A DNA stretch of 64,000 bases from Marsupella aquatica (lineage: Eukaryota > Plantae > Marchantiophyta): assembly GCA_973895155.1 (NCBI GenBank), contig OZ316891.1:23083884-23147883 (forward strand), given 5' to 3'. Positions 24,601-38,832 of this stretch are shown piece after piece. The position numbers and the translations under genes are program-made. Every line of letters begins with the position of its first letter. Position 1 is the first letter of the stretch. The notes under the pieces were generated by a model. That model saw nothing but the letters and a program-made list of their open reading frames with translations, was not told the DNA's origin and did not search any database.

Positions 24601-24850
24601 CGGTCCCGACTTAGTCGCCTATTATAACTAAGGACGGACTAGTTTCCTGCCCCTCCTATAGTAACTTGCTTACCCCTAGATAACTTTGCATAACTAAATT
24701 CCCTCTTACCTCTACTAAGCTTCCCTTCTTACTTAAGTGCCCTAAACCTAGCTACTCTGATAGCACTAAAACTTTTTCCCTAACTATTTCCTCTTCTAAA
24801 CGAAAGAATGTCATGTTTCTCTACACTAGCTGACACTGAGCCATCCCACA
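21687..24850 (-). repeat. 5' LTR of element B
   Basis: Direct repeat of 12360-15523 followed on the minus strand by the PBS. Confidence 0.97.
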
Positions 24851-27800
24851 CCTGGAAACCTATTATACCTATTGTCATAAAGTAATACAAGATCTCCTGT
24901 GTGAATACTGACTGGTTTCAACCTCTTATCATACTGTTGCTTCATGGTATTCTGTCTATATTCTACTCTCTCAGCTGAAATCACTCTTGCCTCCTCTAAA
25001 GCTTCTAACCTATACTCTCGCTCCTTTAGGCTTTCCTCCGCTGAAGATCTCTCCTCAATTGTAACTTGAAATGTCGGAATCTCAAGTTGCATTGGTACCA
25101 GGGCTTCCTATCCAAAGGTTAGGAAAAAAGGTGTATGACCGGTAGTGGATTTATAGGCTAAATTGTAAGCAAAAATAGCAGCAAACAATTTATCATCCCA
25201 ATCGAGTTTGTTCTGAGCTACGGTTTTGTTCAATATCTTTCCTATAATTCCATTGGCTTGTTTTGTCAACCCATTTGCCTTTGGGTGGTAGGGAGTAGTA
25301 GGCCTATGTCTAACTAAATAATGCTCATGTAAACGACTAATTATATCATTCAGAAAATGGGTTCCTCTATCACTAACTAATTCTAAGGGTGCGCCATACC
25401 TGGTGAAGATCTGCTCATACATGAATCGAGCCGTAGTAATTGCATCATCCTTTATTGTCGGCCTGGCCTCTACCCACTTAGTTGCATAATCCGTGGCCAA
25501 GATAATGTACTTGTTTCTTTGAGGATGAGTCAATGGTTTTAGAGGTCCAATGAAATCAATACCCCACTTCTCAAATGGTGCCAGAGGTAGAATAGGGTGC
25601 CGTGGATGTCTTGTGGACGCCCTTGGTCCTCCCGCTTGCTGACAAGGATTGCATTGTTTGATAAATTTATAGACGTCCTTGTGCAAGGTGGGCCACCAGT
25701 AACCGGCATTTAATATCTTTTTAGAAGTGGTTAATGGAGCGAAATGCCCCCGGCCTCCTCCCCATGCATAGCTCGTAAGACTCGTTTTATGTCTCCCTCC
25801 TCCAAACACCTTTGAATCGTGCCACTGATTCCGTGCCTGTGTAGTACGCCCTTAATGCACTGATACTGTCTGACTTTCCGCAGAAAGACTGCGGCTTGCT
25901 CTTGGCTTAGCCCTGGCTGTAATCTGGAAGTGCTGAGAAATTGTAAAATCTCAGGGTACCATGTATCAGCTATTTCCACAACGAATAACTCCTCGTCGGG
26001 AAATCAATTGTCGATGCAATCCGTGGCAGGTTCACCTATGATCCTTGAAAAGAAGTCAGCATTGGCGTGTTGCTTTCCCGACTTGATTTTTAGCTCGTAG
26101 TCAAATTCTTGTAATAGCAAAATCCATCTTGCTACCCTGCCTGTAAGGTCCGGCTTATTTACTAGGTACTTCAAACTTTCATGATCGGTATGAAAGATTA
26201 CTTTGTACCCTAGTAGATAATGCCTAAACTTTTTACATGAATGAATGACTCCTAATGCTTCTCTTTCTGTGGTGGAGTAGTTTCGTTCGGCATCAGCAAG
26301 CTGACGGCTTGCAAAGTATATGGGATGGTCCCTTCCTTTCTCATCCAATTGACTTAGTACTGAGCCGATATAGAAGCCTGAGACATCTACAAAGACATGA
26401 AAATCCTTGTTCCAGTCTGGTGCTATCATGACTGGGGCCTCTACTAACATCTGCTTCAATTCCACTACTGCTGTTACTCGTTCTGGTGTGGGTTCAAAGT
26501 CTGCACCTGCCTTGAGCATGTTGGTTAATGGTAAAGCTAGCTTGGCAAAATCCTTGATGAACCGGCGATAATAACCAATGCACCCCAAGAAGGATCTCAC
26601 ATCTTTTATGTTCTTAGGTTGCATGATATCTAGCCATACTGCTAGCTTACCTTTGTCAATCTCAATGCCCTTCTTTGATACCTTGTGACCTAGGAGCACA
26701 CCCTCTGTTACTCTAAAGAAATATTTATCGGGGTGTAACTTGAGACCTACCTCTCTACATCTCATGAAGGTTCTCCAGAGGTATTTAGCATGTTTCGATG
26801 CCTTCCCAAATACCGCAAAGTCATCAATGAAGATTTCCATGAATTTTCTCAAGTAGTCATGAAAAATATTCACCATTAATCGTTGGAACATAGCTGGTGC
26901 ATTACAGAGTCCAAACGGCATACGATTGAAGACATAGATCCCCCATTCCGTGATGAAGGCTATCTTGATTTGGTCCTCCTGCCTAATCCTGATTTGGTTA
27001 TAACCAGAGTACCCATCCATGAATGAGTATAGTTCATGACTGGCTACCATGTCTAACGCCATATCAGTAAAGGGTAAATGAAAATGATCTTTCAATGTAG
27101 CCTCATTCAACTTCCTGTAATCCTGACAAACACAGATCTTTGGTTTACCATCGGGTCTAGCTTTCTTGGGAACTATCACAATTGGAGACACCCAGTCTGA
27201 ATGCAGGACTGGAGTGATGAATCCGGCTTCCACTAGTTTATCGATTTCAGCCTTGACCATCAGAGAATACTTAGGATTCATCCTTTGAATCGGTTGTCGA
27301 AATGATTTGGCCCCTAACATGAGATCAATTCGGTGTTCTCCTAGTTTTGGGTCTACTCCCTTTAGATCTTGGTGACTCCATGTGAACACATCCTGAAATT
27401 CAATTAGTAATTCACTGATCTCTTTCTCAAGCTCAGGTGCTAGGTCCCGCCCCAAGTTTAGTTCCCTTCCTTCTCCTAAGTCGAGCTTCCGGTATTGCCG
27501 TGCTTGGATCATATTAATCTGCTTCTTCAAATTCGGGTCCAACCCGGCCTCCAGCCTCTCCAGTCTCATACCTCCATAGACTGGAATCTCGGCAGTACTA
27601 GCCGAGTTGGTTGACTTGGATTCTCCCTGGTTATTAACAGACTGCTCCCTTACCATTCTGCTTGGTTTTGAATTGGTTGGCGGCTCCTCTTCCTGACTTG
27701 GCTCTGGTTTCTTCCCGTGCATCATATCTATTCCTGCTTCCTGAGTGTTAGGACGTCGGGCTCTTCCGGCTTCTAGCAGGGCCTCAATTTGTTCTGCCCT

Positions 27801-30800
27801 TGTGATCGGCTTGTAAGCCGATCCCTTGGTTTTTAATTTGTTGCCGATGATAGACGGCGTTGTGGATCCTGTCGGCTCTGCCACAACGCCTGAGGAAAAT
27901 CCACTGTCTCTGGTGTAGCTCCCCACTTAGCCGTTTCTAGCCGATCCGCCTCTTGTGTCTCCTCCAGAATTGAAGCTAAAAAAGTTGACTCTATGGCAAA
28001 GCAATCCTCATTCTCTTCTTCACCTTCCTCCAGGTTACTCTCCACAGGTTTGTGCCATAGTCCGCTAGGGGGTACTTCCGGTCCAAACACACTTTCTTCG
28101 GTTAGGTCAGTGAGGCATTCCAACCAACGTACTTCATCGGCTGACTCGAGTCCACTGTCGTACCCATCTACTTCCTTGATGCCTTTCCTACAATCATCCT
28201 TAGTGTCCCAGGATACCGTGATAGAGGGGATCCCAAAAGTGAACTCCTTCTTACCCCAATCTTCTATTATCTTGGCTAGGTACAGCCATGGCCTGCCAAT
28301 TAATAGTCAGAATGACGTAGGGTTTACTGGCTTCATCACTACATAGTTAATGCTAAAGAAAATACCTCCTATCTCAGTTTTGATGCCGGTTAACACCCCC
28401 GTGGGAATGACCTGATACCCATTGGCCATGTTTAACACTCTTCCAGTCATCTCCGGCGTTAGACCCCATCCTTTTGCTGTTGAATCAATCATAATACATT
28501 CCCCGGATCCTCCATCAATGGGTACCCGCAATAATATTTCTCCTTGAATCATTAATGGTAATGCTGGGGCTCCTTGATCTTCTTCTATCATCAGCACATC
28601 GGATCTGGTTGCTACCTTGGGTAATCTCGGTTTGCCAAGAATCGCCTTTCTTAACTGCTTTCGGAAGTACGGGCTATTTTTCAGTAGTTGACCTACTGTT
28701 GCCGAGACTCTAGATTCTAGCACATCTTTAGCCAGGTCATAGGGAACTATCGGCTTCTCTTCTGGTAGTGTCTTCATCTTGGCTTCGGCCTGTTTCTTCA
28801 CGTTGGTTTCCGCAGCCGTTGGATCCTCCGAAGCAAACAGTGCTTTTGCTCGTTCCACATCCTTGGCTATGGCTTCGGTATTCTCCAGGGTTTCTAATTC
28901 TTGCAGTTGTTCTAATTCTTGCAGTTGTTCCTTAACACTAGCTGTAATAGCGGGGTAGAACAGTTTAGGGTGATCTCGATTGAAATCGCTGTCCTGTGAA
29001 GGATTGGGGTCACTGGTGAGCTCATGGCTTACCTGTGTTGCCGGCGCCTTTCCTTCCCCTTCCGTCGATGTTGACAAAGAGTCGATTCTTTCTTCCTTAT
29101 CCTTCCCTTTATTTTGGCCAGCCCATCCCACCTTTCCTTCCTTCTGGTGGATCAAGTAGAGACCCGATAGCAATCATGATCCAAATCTTCTTCTGAAAAT
29201 GTTGATAAGGCCTCGGCCTCATCATCAGATGGTCCGAACTCTGCCTCGGCATCCGTTTGCCATCCAAGTTTGATGTGGTTGATTTGAACTCCTCCAGGGG
29301 TAGTACCTAGCGGTAAAACTTTGACTGGCAAGAGCTTATGATTTGCAGCCAGGCCTGCCAACCAAGTAGGACATTGTCCTAGCATGTGACCCTCCTATCG
29401 GCATCCCATACATAGCTGAGCTGGTTGTCCATCTCCTTGTTTGCGTGCATTCGGGCATTCTCTAGCAAAATGGCCAGGTTGACCACAATTATAGCATGCC
29501 GCAAATCTTTGCACATTTGGCCTAGGAGGTACTGACGGATTCTGAATAATCCGAGGATACATCTCTCCCAGATTGTTCCTTAATCCTGACCAGAGAGATG
29601 CAGGTCTGTTGGATAAGCCTTGTGCTCCAGTCTCATTGATGCCGAAAACACTATCAGCGGCATCCCCTAAAAAGTACTCTACTTCTCCCTGACATGGTCT
29701 AGCCTCAGCCACATGCCAAACATGACTAGTATTAAGTTTAGGACACGCATCTTTATGGTGTCCGGTTTTATAACATAAGGCACACCATACAGAGTTATCC
29801 TCTTGTACTACCTTCTTCTTTGGTTTTACTTCTGCTATTATAGCCTTAAGCTGCTCGGTAAGAGCTACGATGTTATCTGGCGTTTTAGCCTCTAGTTTGA
29901 CTTTCAACTTCCCCCTCCTTCTGCCCTTCTTTTTCCTAGTTTTTTCTTTTTCAGAACTAGAAGATGACTCACTCTTGCTACTTCCACTATCCGAGCTTGA
30001 GTTATCACTTCTTGACTTCTTAGAATGTTTCTTTTTCTTATCTTTTTTCTTGTGGGGTGATCCCTCCTCCGATGAGGAACTCTCATACTTAAGCTGTTTC
30101 TTTCGGCTTGTGATATCTGCATTAATGTATAATTGAATATCCTTAATTGCCTCGGCTAAAGTTTCTGGGTTCTCCTTCCTAATTGCAAAACTCATCTTCT
30201 GTGGCAAAGCATTCACTAACCATTGAATTTGCATACCTTCAGATGCATTGGTCTTTGTACGTCTTACCAACTTTTGAAAGCGTTGCAAGAACTTCCTGAA
30301 GGATTTGTTCTACTTGAACCGAAGTCGTCCCAACTTCAGTACTGCTAACTCTGAAGTTCCAATGGGTCAAAACTCCTTAACAAATAGTGGTCTGAAAGTA
30401 TTCCATATGGCTTGATCTTCCACGTCCAAGGCTTTGTACCAAGGCCTAGCCTCACCTTTGAACAGGCCGGGAAGAATTTGCATCTTGATGGTCGATTCTC
30501 CATTTGCTACAACAGTTCCTTCAAAGTCATCCAACCATTCGTTCGGATCCTCATCTCCTCTACCATGAAAGGCCTTGTAATGAATACGTGACCGTTGGCT
30601 CAGTCTGGTCCCTGGCCTCTTGTCTGGCCGTGCCTCTGGTTCCCCCATGTCAGTTGGAGACTCACTTCTCCTTACCGACCCTTCTTGTGGTATGTCTTCT
30701 TCGATGCCACTTTCAGTTACGGAGCTACTAGCTCTTTCTGCCCCTCTCAGTCGCTGTGTATCATGCCACCCGGCAAGCTGTTGCAGACAAACTCTCTCCC

Positions 30801-30840
30801 GTTGAATCGCTCTTTCCTCCCTCGGCGTAGGTTCAATCAT
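24851..30840 (-). pseudogene. gag-pol: Degenerate gag-pol of element A
   Basis: Fragments: gag (30367-30840, 29395-30288; three CCHC), protease IDGGSG (28307-29173), RT/RNase H FIDD (26004-27926), integrase (24851-25979). Many stops and frameshifts; homologous to the B polyprotein. Confidence 0.95.
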
Positions 30841-30886
30841 TACCTACGCTCCCTTCCTAACTTCATATCTCACGGCTAAAGAAATG

Positions 30887-30905
30887 CCCCCTCCATCTAG
30901 CGCCA
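30887..30905 (-). other. Primer binding site of A, tRNA-Asn type
   Basis: TGGCGCTAGATGGAGGGGG, 4 nt from the 5' LTR; resembles the complement of the plant tRNA-Asn 3' end as recalled (one mismatch). Confidence 0.72.
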
Positions 30906-31322
30906 AAAATGTGGTGCATCCCATGGCTCCCCAAACCCAAGAAACCCCCCGCACATGCCGATTCCCGCAGGTTTCGTGCTCGGCGAGGCTGTTTCCGCAG
31001 CTTAGCGGCATGGGATGCTGCTAACCTCCTACTACTCCTATTAACATTTTACACACATATACTGGACAGATCCTTCATCGGGTCATGAGATACGCACTTG
31101 GCCTAATCTAGACCTTCTCTTGTCTTTCTCTCCTGTTGGTTAGGTATATTTGGATTCCGCCGCCGGAATGATCCCCAATTGGTTTGGTTAAGCCGCTAAG
31201 ACCTCTCTCAGCTCGACACATCCAACTCTCACTCCCTTGCGTACTTCCCTTCTACTTGTTGATGTGGGCACTCTTCACACAAGTTAATGTGACACACAAA
31301 TAGCAAAATGACTCCTTCTGAC

Positions 31323-34300
31323 GAGGTTTTTCCCCGTGACAGGAAACAGTAAACAGGAATTATCATAACAGCAAAAATGGTCAAAGATAACAGGAGTTTT
31401 GTGCGCAATGCCGAAAGAAAATTCCCTCTTTAAGGACCAAAATTACACTACAATTTGAACTGAGCAATTGTAATATATGTAACAGATACAATTATTATAG
31501 ACATAAATCTTTACTAGCGCCAAAGATTTTCTACACATGAAGGCATCATTTGATAATAGCTCAAGAATGCTTGCAACAAAAATCATCACAAGAGCAATAG
31601 AAGTACATATAAATCCTAACCAAGTAAGGATTTGCAATTCTTGAGTGTTTGGATCTGGAATGTTATGCTCTCTCAAGCTGATCCCTCATTTAGTGCAAGC
31701 CAACTCTAGTGCATCTCCATTGACATCTAAGGATAATCAATGAACTTGCTCTTCCCCTATAGATGAGACGGGAGATGAGATTGTCTTGCTGATTGAGTCT
31801 TCATTCCTTTGCTAAGCGTAGACACTCCATATATGGTGGTCCGCCAAGAGGATTGTTGTATATAACATTATGACCAAAGAAACTGTTAGTTCATCTATGT
31901 ATATACCAATATTCACGCTCAAACCTATCGTGCACGACGTCAAAACTATATAAAGATTATAAGACAAAAGTTTATTCCCCTTTAGACACCCTAATTGTCA
32001 TGCTCAAACTAACTTGAATTATATTGAATCATACTTTGATTTGGACGTCTAGTAGTGACAAACTATCGATAAAGGAGCACATCATATCAAGGGTTCCATG
32101 CATCTTCCAAAGTACTACCGAGAAGATTGTAAATGTGTGGATTGACCAAAGGTTAACATCCTCACGGAGAGTGATGTGAGCAAAAAGATATACTCTTGCT
32201 ATCAAATGCAATACACTCTGGTCATTTGAATGCTCTAACCAATGATGAGGAGTTTGACATATTGTAAATTTTGATTGAACCGCCTTAGACCATTAGAGGA
32301 TGCTATGTTCTTTTTTTCTAGTAACAAGGTCAGCAGCCGTGACATTAGATAATATTAGTGATAATATAACCATTAAAATGTTACAAATGATGATCTAATA
32401 TAGTAGCACCACAAACTAATATAATAAATTGATAATTAGAGCCATTGGTTTTGACCAAAATTTATAGCAGCGCCTGGCGCTTATCAAAATATATCCTTCA
32501 GGCTATAGTCATTTTTGTTCATATTACCATAGTAGCACTCAACGCCAACAAAGAGTCCTCTTTGGTGAGGTCTCATTTACATAGATATTTCTTTATTACT
32601 TGCAAAATTGCATGACCTTCCAAAATATCCTTTGGTGTATTTAACAACAATAGCAAACACAAGAGATAAAACGGTAATACTACTAGTGAAATAGGTGGTA
32701 TATCAATAAATAATTAAAGCTCACAGACTCAAAAAAATGTTTTTCTAGAGGGTTTGGGCCAAAGTCACATTACTAGCTTTTGGCGCTAGTAATGTTCCTT
32801 TGTTTTTCTACATTTTTTGCGCAAAATTTCTCTTGTAAATTTCTCAAAATGGTGCTATTATGGAGGGTCCAAGCAAGTGTGACATTACTAGCTCCCGGCG
32901 CTAGTAATGTTAATTTATTTTTATAGCCCAATTTTCTAAAAAAATTCTCATAAATACACTCAATATGATGTTATTTTAAAGGGTCCAAGCGAGTGTGACA
33001 TTACTAGCTCCCGGCGCTAGTAATGTTGATTTATTTTTATAGCCCAATTTTCTAAAAAAATTCTCATAAATACACTCAAAATGATGTTATTTTAAAGGGT
33101 CCAAGCGAGTGTGACATTACTAGCTCCCGGCGCTAGTAATGTTAATTCATTTTTATAGCCCAATTTTTGTAAAAAAAATTCATAAATACACTCAATATGA
33201 TATTATTTTAAAGGGTCCAAGCGAGTGTGACATTACTAGCTCCGGGCGCTAGTAATGTTAATTTATTTTTATAGCCTTTTTTGCTTAATTTTTTCCCATA
33301 AAGACACTCAAAATAGTGTCATTGTGGAGGGTCTAGGTGGGTGTGACATTACTAGCTCTTGGCGCTAGTAATGTTTTATCATTTTTGTTACTCTTTGCTT
33401 ACTTATCTTTTGTAAACATGCACTCATATAGTGTCATTTTGGAGTGTCTTGGTGACTTGAATATTACTAGCTCTCGGCGCTAGTAACATTTTTAAATGTT
33501 TTATACTAATTTAGCTCAATTTTTTGTAGAAAAATTCTTAAAATAATATCATTCTTAGAGGGGATCAAGCCAAGTAAGATATTACCAGCACCCGACGCTA
33601 GTAACATTTGTATCTTTTTTATCTTTTTTATTAAATTTGTTTTATGGGTTTATGTTTATTATTTCTTGTAATTAACTCTTGTGCCAAAGTTTCTTTAAAA
33701 AATGATGGATGTTTCTACACATAAATGTGTCATTTGATGATAGCACCTAATACTTTTATCAATCAATACTTCAAATAAATATGATTTATGATAGCGCCTA
33801 GGGCTATTATACATTCTGCACAAGATTTTAGGACTATTGAGATAGCAATTAGGTACTAAATTAGGGATTATATCATATAAATATATTCAATTTGTCTCAA
33901 TTTCTTTTGCATCTGGAGTTATTATGGGATTTATTTCTAGATTTAATCCAAGAGTTTGATCTTCATGACCTTTAAACACATCAAATTACGCCAATTTGTA
34001 TAGTAGAGTATGGCATTACTATCATATTTTCCTTGTTCTATACTAGATATTTTGGGGTTGCTAGAGAGTGTCAAACTCTAATCCTATTGTAGCCTAAAAC
34101 TTTTCTCATTTTCTTAAGCACCTCACATTCTTATGAGAATAATTTAGAAGTAATTCTATTTTTTTTTTATGAAAATAACAACAACCCACATATATAGAAT
34201 CAACAACTTGAAAAATATAAAATATGTATTACTTGAGATTTCCTATATAATTGAAGGTTTGATTTAATTAGGAATTAGATAAAAAAAAATTCCAAATGAG

Positions 34301-34918
34301 GAGTTTTTTGGCCAAGACTGTGTCCCTCACGTAAGCACTCTTTCAATAATCTTGATGATGATGTACACTTTAAGTCTCCCCCTTAGAATTTAAAGAGGAT
34401 CAGATTTGGCCAAATGCAAGAAATACGCACTTGGTTTATAGGAGAAGTATATTGCATTTTTGTAAGAGTTCAACAAACATAGGAATTTGTTGTATGTTAA
34501 TTGTAAATCTTGTGACTATGTAAAAACTATGATGGTATTTTGACTAGCGTCGGGAGGGGGTGTTAATGATAACCCTTGCCAAAATGCTAAGTATCCACCG
34601 ACAAAATACAAATTACATACTTTCCAATAAACAATGCACATTTTGTTTGCCTAACATGTGATGTAATTTGCTAATTATAACCCTTGCAACTAATATGAAA
34701 ACGTATCATTGTATTTTGGCTAGCGCTCGACGCTAGTAAACTTATCCCATTATAACAAAAAGCGATAGCCTGGATCATGAATATCATAGAAAATATATTT
34801 TTGGCTCTTGAAAATGAAATATTTTTTTTGTTGTGAGCGCAAAAACTCCTGTTATCTTCCTTGAATTTTCCTGTTATGATTTTTCCTGTTTACTGTTTCC
34901 TGTCACGGAGGTCAGGCC
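31323..34918. mobile_element. Non-autonomous TIR DNA transposon (MULE-like, ~3.6 kb, AT-rich)
   Basis: TSD (C)CTTCTGAC, 8-9 bp, at 31314-31322 and 34919-34927; ~90-bp imperfect TIRs with core CCGTGACAGGAAACAGTAAACAGGA; empty site at ~3983; no transposase. Confidence 0.88.
32730..33650. repeat. Tandem array, about 8 x 116 bp, each unit with a palindrome
   Basis: ACATTACTAGC...GCTAGTAATGT (degenerate in the last two units) starts at 32767, 32882, 32998, 33114, 33230, 33346, 33461 and 33579. Confidence 0.92.
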
Positions 34919-35426
34919 CCTTCTGACTGAGTTCTACCATGCACTTGAAATACAGACAGTACATCTCATATACAAGCTCTGTGAACTAAGCCATGAGGCC
35001 AACTCTATTGAGTACTTAGGTATGAGGAAACATGAATATACACAAGGGTCACTGTATAACTAACCGAGAGCTTCTCTTACTACTTGATCCCAACCCTGTT
35101 GGTGCAACTAAAAACTTGCTAAAGAAGAGGCCCTGAACTCCCCGCAGCCCAGGTACTTATCCTGGTCGCGGATCCGCCTGATTCCTTGCAGTGTAAGCCT
35201 AATCTACCTACAGTAATCTACTTGACTGTAATCTACCTATGTACAGCAAGGCAGGAGCACAAGTGTCACCCTCACCCGTGGATCCAAAATCCCACTAATC
35301 TAAGTGTCAGGGCCGTCTCCAGGTCCTGATCCTAAGTCTAAACTTGGAGATCAGCGCCCGCCCTTCCCACTCACGCCTCCTACCTCCATGTCCGCCTTCC
35401 CTAAAAGGGACGGCGCCCTTACACCG

Positions 35427-38400
35427 TCACGACACCGGTGGCTGGTCCTCACTGGACACCCCCAACGCATCCTCTATAGCCACTGCCGTTGGTCCGTCCT
35501 CTAACAGATTACCTGCCCTTGACCGAGTCAACTCTTCATCGGCCTGACTGGGTCCACCCTCGGCTTTGGCCTCAGCCTCGGTCAAGGCCTCCAATACGGC
35601 TACGGCCTCCCCGGCATGTTCTAGTGGAGGATCCGGTACCTCGGTATCATTACTGGTTCTCCCGGCCTCGCCCTTGCCATCTCCTCTTCCTAGGACTGGT
35701 GGATCCACCGTCATGCCGATGCTGGAGATTGGTGTCGGGTTTATCTTCTCGGTCACAATGGCTTGAGAAGCCGTATAACTCCCAGACCCAGAAGGTTTCC
35801 GCTTCTTTTGCTTCCCTATTTTGACAGCCGGTTCCTTCCCCTTGCCACTTACCTTCGGCACTGGGGTGAGTGTTTCGGCTTGTCCTGCGGCCAATACTAC
35901 CCCTGGTAACTGGGTTCCCCCAATTGGAGTTGGACCTGATGAAGCCAAGCATTTAAATACTGCGGCTTGTGTCTTCAGCCGCTCCGTTTGGCTCAAGGGC
36001 TCCGCGGATATCTTCGAGCTTTCCTTGATAGGATTTCCCTAACTCTGCTTCCTTCTGCTCAAGGGCTCCGCGGATATCTTTGAGCTTTCCTTTCAACGCC
36101 CTCTCCCTTCTCTGGTTCTCCGCCATTGCTCGATTGTTGGTTGCTAAGTGGGCCTCCTCTACATCCCTTAGCTCCTGCTTCCATTTCTCTCTTTCTTTGG
36201 CTGTGCCGGCCAACTCTCCTTGGGTCCGAATCAGTTTATCCTTGATAATCTGATTGTCAGACTGAGCGGTATCCAACTGCCCCTGCATGATGTTTAGCTC
36301 ATGTTGCTTAATCCGTAGCTCATCTTGGGCTTTCTTGGCCACCTGCAAGACTTCCACCTCGGCTTCCTTCTCCCTAAGCCGCCGGATGACCTCGTTCTTC
36401 TTGCTTCTCTCCAAAGCCACCGCTTCTTCTAATCGGTGCTTTTCCAATATCTCCCTTTGGAAAAAGGGTCCCTGCTCCAAATCCTCCCCAAAGATGCTGA
36501 GCGCCAGGTCCCCACACATCTCCCCGTACTCCATGGCTCTATCCTTAGCATAGGTGGAGTAACTAGAAGTCATCGGCATCAACCACCGTGGCCTCTGCTC
36601 CCAAGCCGCCTTGTGGATTTCTTCTATGGTGGCAAGAGGGTTGCTTCATTTTTTGGCAAGCCGCCTGATGTCCTCTGGCCAATCTCCTCCTAGTAAATCC
36701 TTCTCCCTAGCCAGGGCTGCTTTCTCTTCCTCCCTAAGTCGCTCCTGAAATTCTTGTGCCGTCTGCTTTATGCTGTCAAAGCTCAGGGGAGCAATCTCTG
36801 GTGGGGGAGACTCGGGGCTACTCTGTTGGGTGGGGTCCCCTCAAACTACTCTTGGAAGCGTGGGGATAAATTGGCCATAGGTCCTTACTCCTGGAACATG
36901 ATGATCCGATCCATAGGCGGAGTTATCATTGTTGTAGTCCTCCACCGCCTCCTCCACTACTTGGACTCCCGGCTTCTCCCTTTGGTCCCCTGGTCCAGTC
37001 ATGAAAATGGCCTCTGGTTCCTCTGGTTTCCAGGCTGTCATCTCCCTCTACTCTCCGCGGGAAGGAGCTTTAGGCTGCTCTGCCTCTGATTCGGGGCTTG
37101 AGGCTCCCACATACATTTGCACTCCCGGCTTGTGTTCTGGCCTCCTGGTCTCCGATAAAGGGGTCTTCCCTTCTGAGTCGGCTTAGGCCGACCTCTGGGG
37201 TATTGTCCTGTATTGTTGCCGTTGCCATTGCCGGAATTGTTCTCCTTTCCTTCTCCAGCAATTTCAGCAGATTTTGCATGCCTGGTTGCTGCATCGGCAC
37301 GTCTTCTTTCTTTGTCCGAAACACTTTCTGGATCGTTGGACTGTCGGGCTGGTTGGGCTTCTCTGGTGCCGGCCCCTGCTCCAGAACCTCCTTCGGTGCC
37401 CTTGCCGATAGGGGAAGTACTGGGGCAAAGATTTGACTTCTGGCATACCGGCACAACAGCGGCATGTGATAGCCAAGCCGGGACACACTTCCCACGCCGA
37501 TCACCTACTGTTCCTCCTTCAAGATTTTCTTTAGTTGGTTGAGGAGGTACCCGTTGTAATCTCGGCTTGGGTCTGGCCTTTCTGCCAGGTAGACCTGAGC
37601 CTTGCCGATCTCTGCCCTCGGCAAGTTATAGTGCATGGTCACCCGCAAGAAATTGATCATCTCTCCAATGTGCGGGTTGGTGCAGGTGTTCCGGAAGAAG
37701 CCATTCTTTGTTGATGGTCCTGGGAACGACCGGAACTCCTTGTCAGGTAAGGTCTTCCTGGTATCAACCTTGGTCTTATTACCCATCGGCAAGCCAAACA
37801 CCTCAGCAATCACCCGGGGAGTGAGATAGAAATCCTTCCCATACACCCTCGTGGAATTGGTCTCGGGTTCCCATGATCCCACAAATTCTAATAAGTCTGA
37901 GTCCGGCACCTCCGGCTTCAGCCATGGTAATCTTACAAAGGCTTCCAAGCCGGATCCGGCCATGAAGCCTTGGTACGTCTTGGTCTGCATGGCCGTAAAG
38001 CATGCATCCTCCTGCCGTGCAAAGTGTAATTGCACCTCCTCCGGTAGGGTCGCCGCCTAGCCTTTCCAGGTGTCATCATTTGTTAGAATGGCCTTGATGG
38101 GATCGACCTCTTCCTCTTTGGCGTTTCCCCTTGTCCTGCTCTGCTGGCTTCCTAGGTACCGCCAACCTTGTTCTTTTTGCCGGGGTGGCCTCTTCATTGT
38201 TGTTTCCTTTCCTCTTCATCTTGGCTGTCGTGGATGTTTCTCCTAGCAAGGTTGCCTTTGTCCACCCCTCCGTGTTACCCTTCAACTCCTAGTGTAGGTT
38301 GTTGCAGCGATTGATGGCTTCCCGGATGCCGATGATTCTGTTTTTGCAAAACAGAAGGTCGTCGAGCTGATTGGCAGTAGGAGTCCACAAGAACTCGGCC

Positions 38401-38832
38401 TTGATAAGTTCTCCTCCTAAGAAAGCCGTCTTCTGTAGTTCCCAAAGCCGAGCAAGTTCCTGTCATTCTTGAGCTGCTCTCTCCGATTCTTCGTCCTCGT
38501 AAGTCCTGACGTACTCACCTGCCCGTTCGAACAGGCATCCCCAAAAATGTGCCGCTTGATTGACGTTGCTCATACCCTCCTTGAGTCGATCGTTGGTATC
38601 TGCTCCCACCCCGAGTGCTTGCCTAAGCAGTTGACAGCATTTGTCCTCCCATAGTCGTATGCCCAGTTCGTTCTTGCAAATGAGTCACTATTCCTCGCGA
38701 GCGGTCCTTACCCCTCTCCTCCTCTGGTCTTCCCTCATTGGTCACCCCTAGCCGCCGACGCTTAGCGCGCCCTAACCCTAATCGTGTTCTCTCCCTCGGC
38801 GTCCTTACTTCTGGCCTCGGCCCGGGTTCCAT
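35427..38832 (-). pseudogene. LTR-encoded accessory ORF of family A, 5' LTR copy
   Basis: Track fragments from 38623-38838 to 35427-35996 match the other two copies; stops, frameshifts and a deletion near 35990. Confidence 0.85.

Larger units (their letters stand above)
12360..24850 (-). mobile_element. Element B: intact, very young Ty3/Gypsy non-chromovirus LTR retrotransposon (12491 bp)
   Basis: TG...CA ends; TSD CCTGG (12355-12359, 24851-24855); two 3164-bp LTRs at offset 9327; PBS, PPT and an uninterrupted polyprotein. Confidence 0.98.

Noticed and set aside
32730-33650. Regularly spaced palindromes resembling a CRISPR array
   Set aside because: The spacers are similar to each other (a tandem repeat), there are no cas genes, and the context is a eukaryotic TE.
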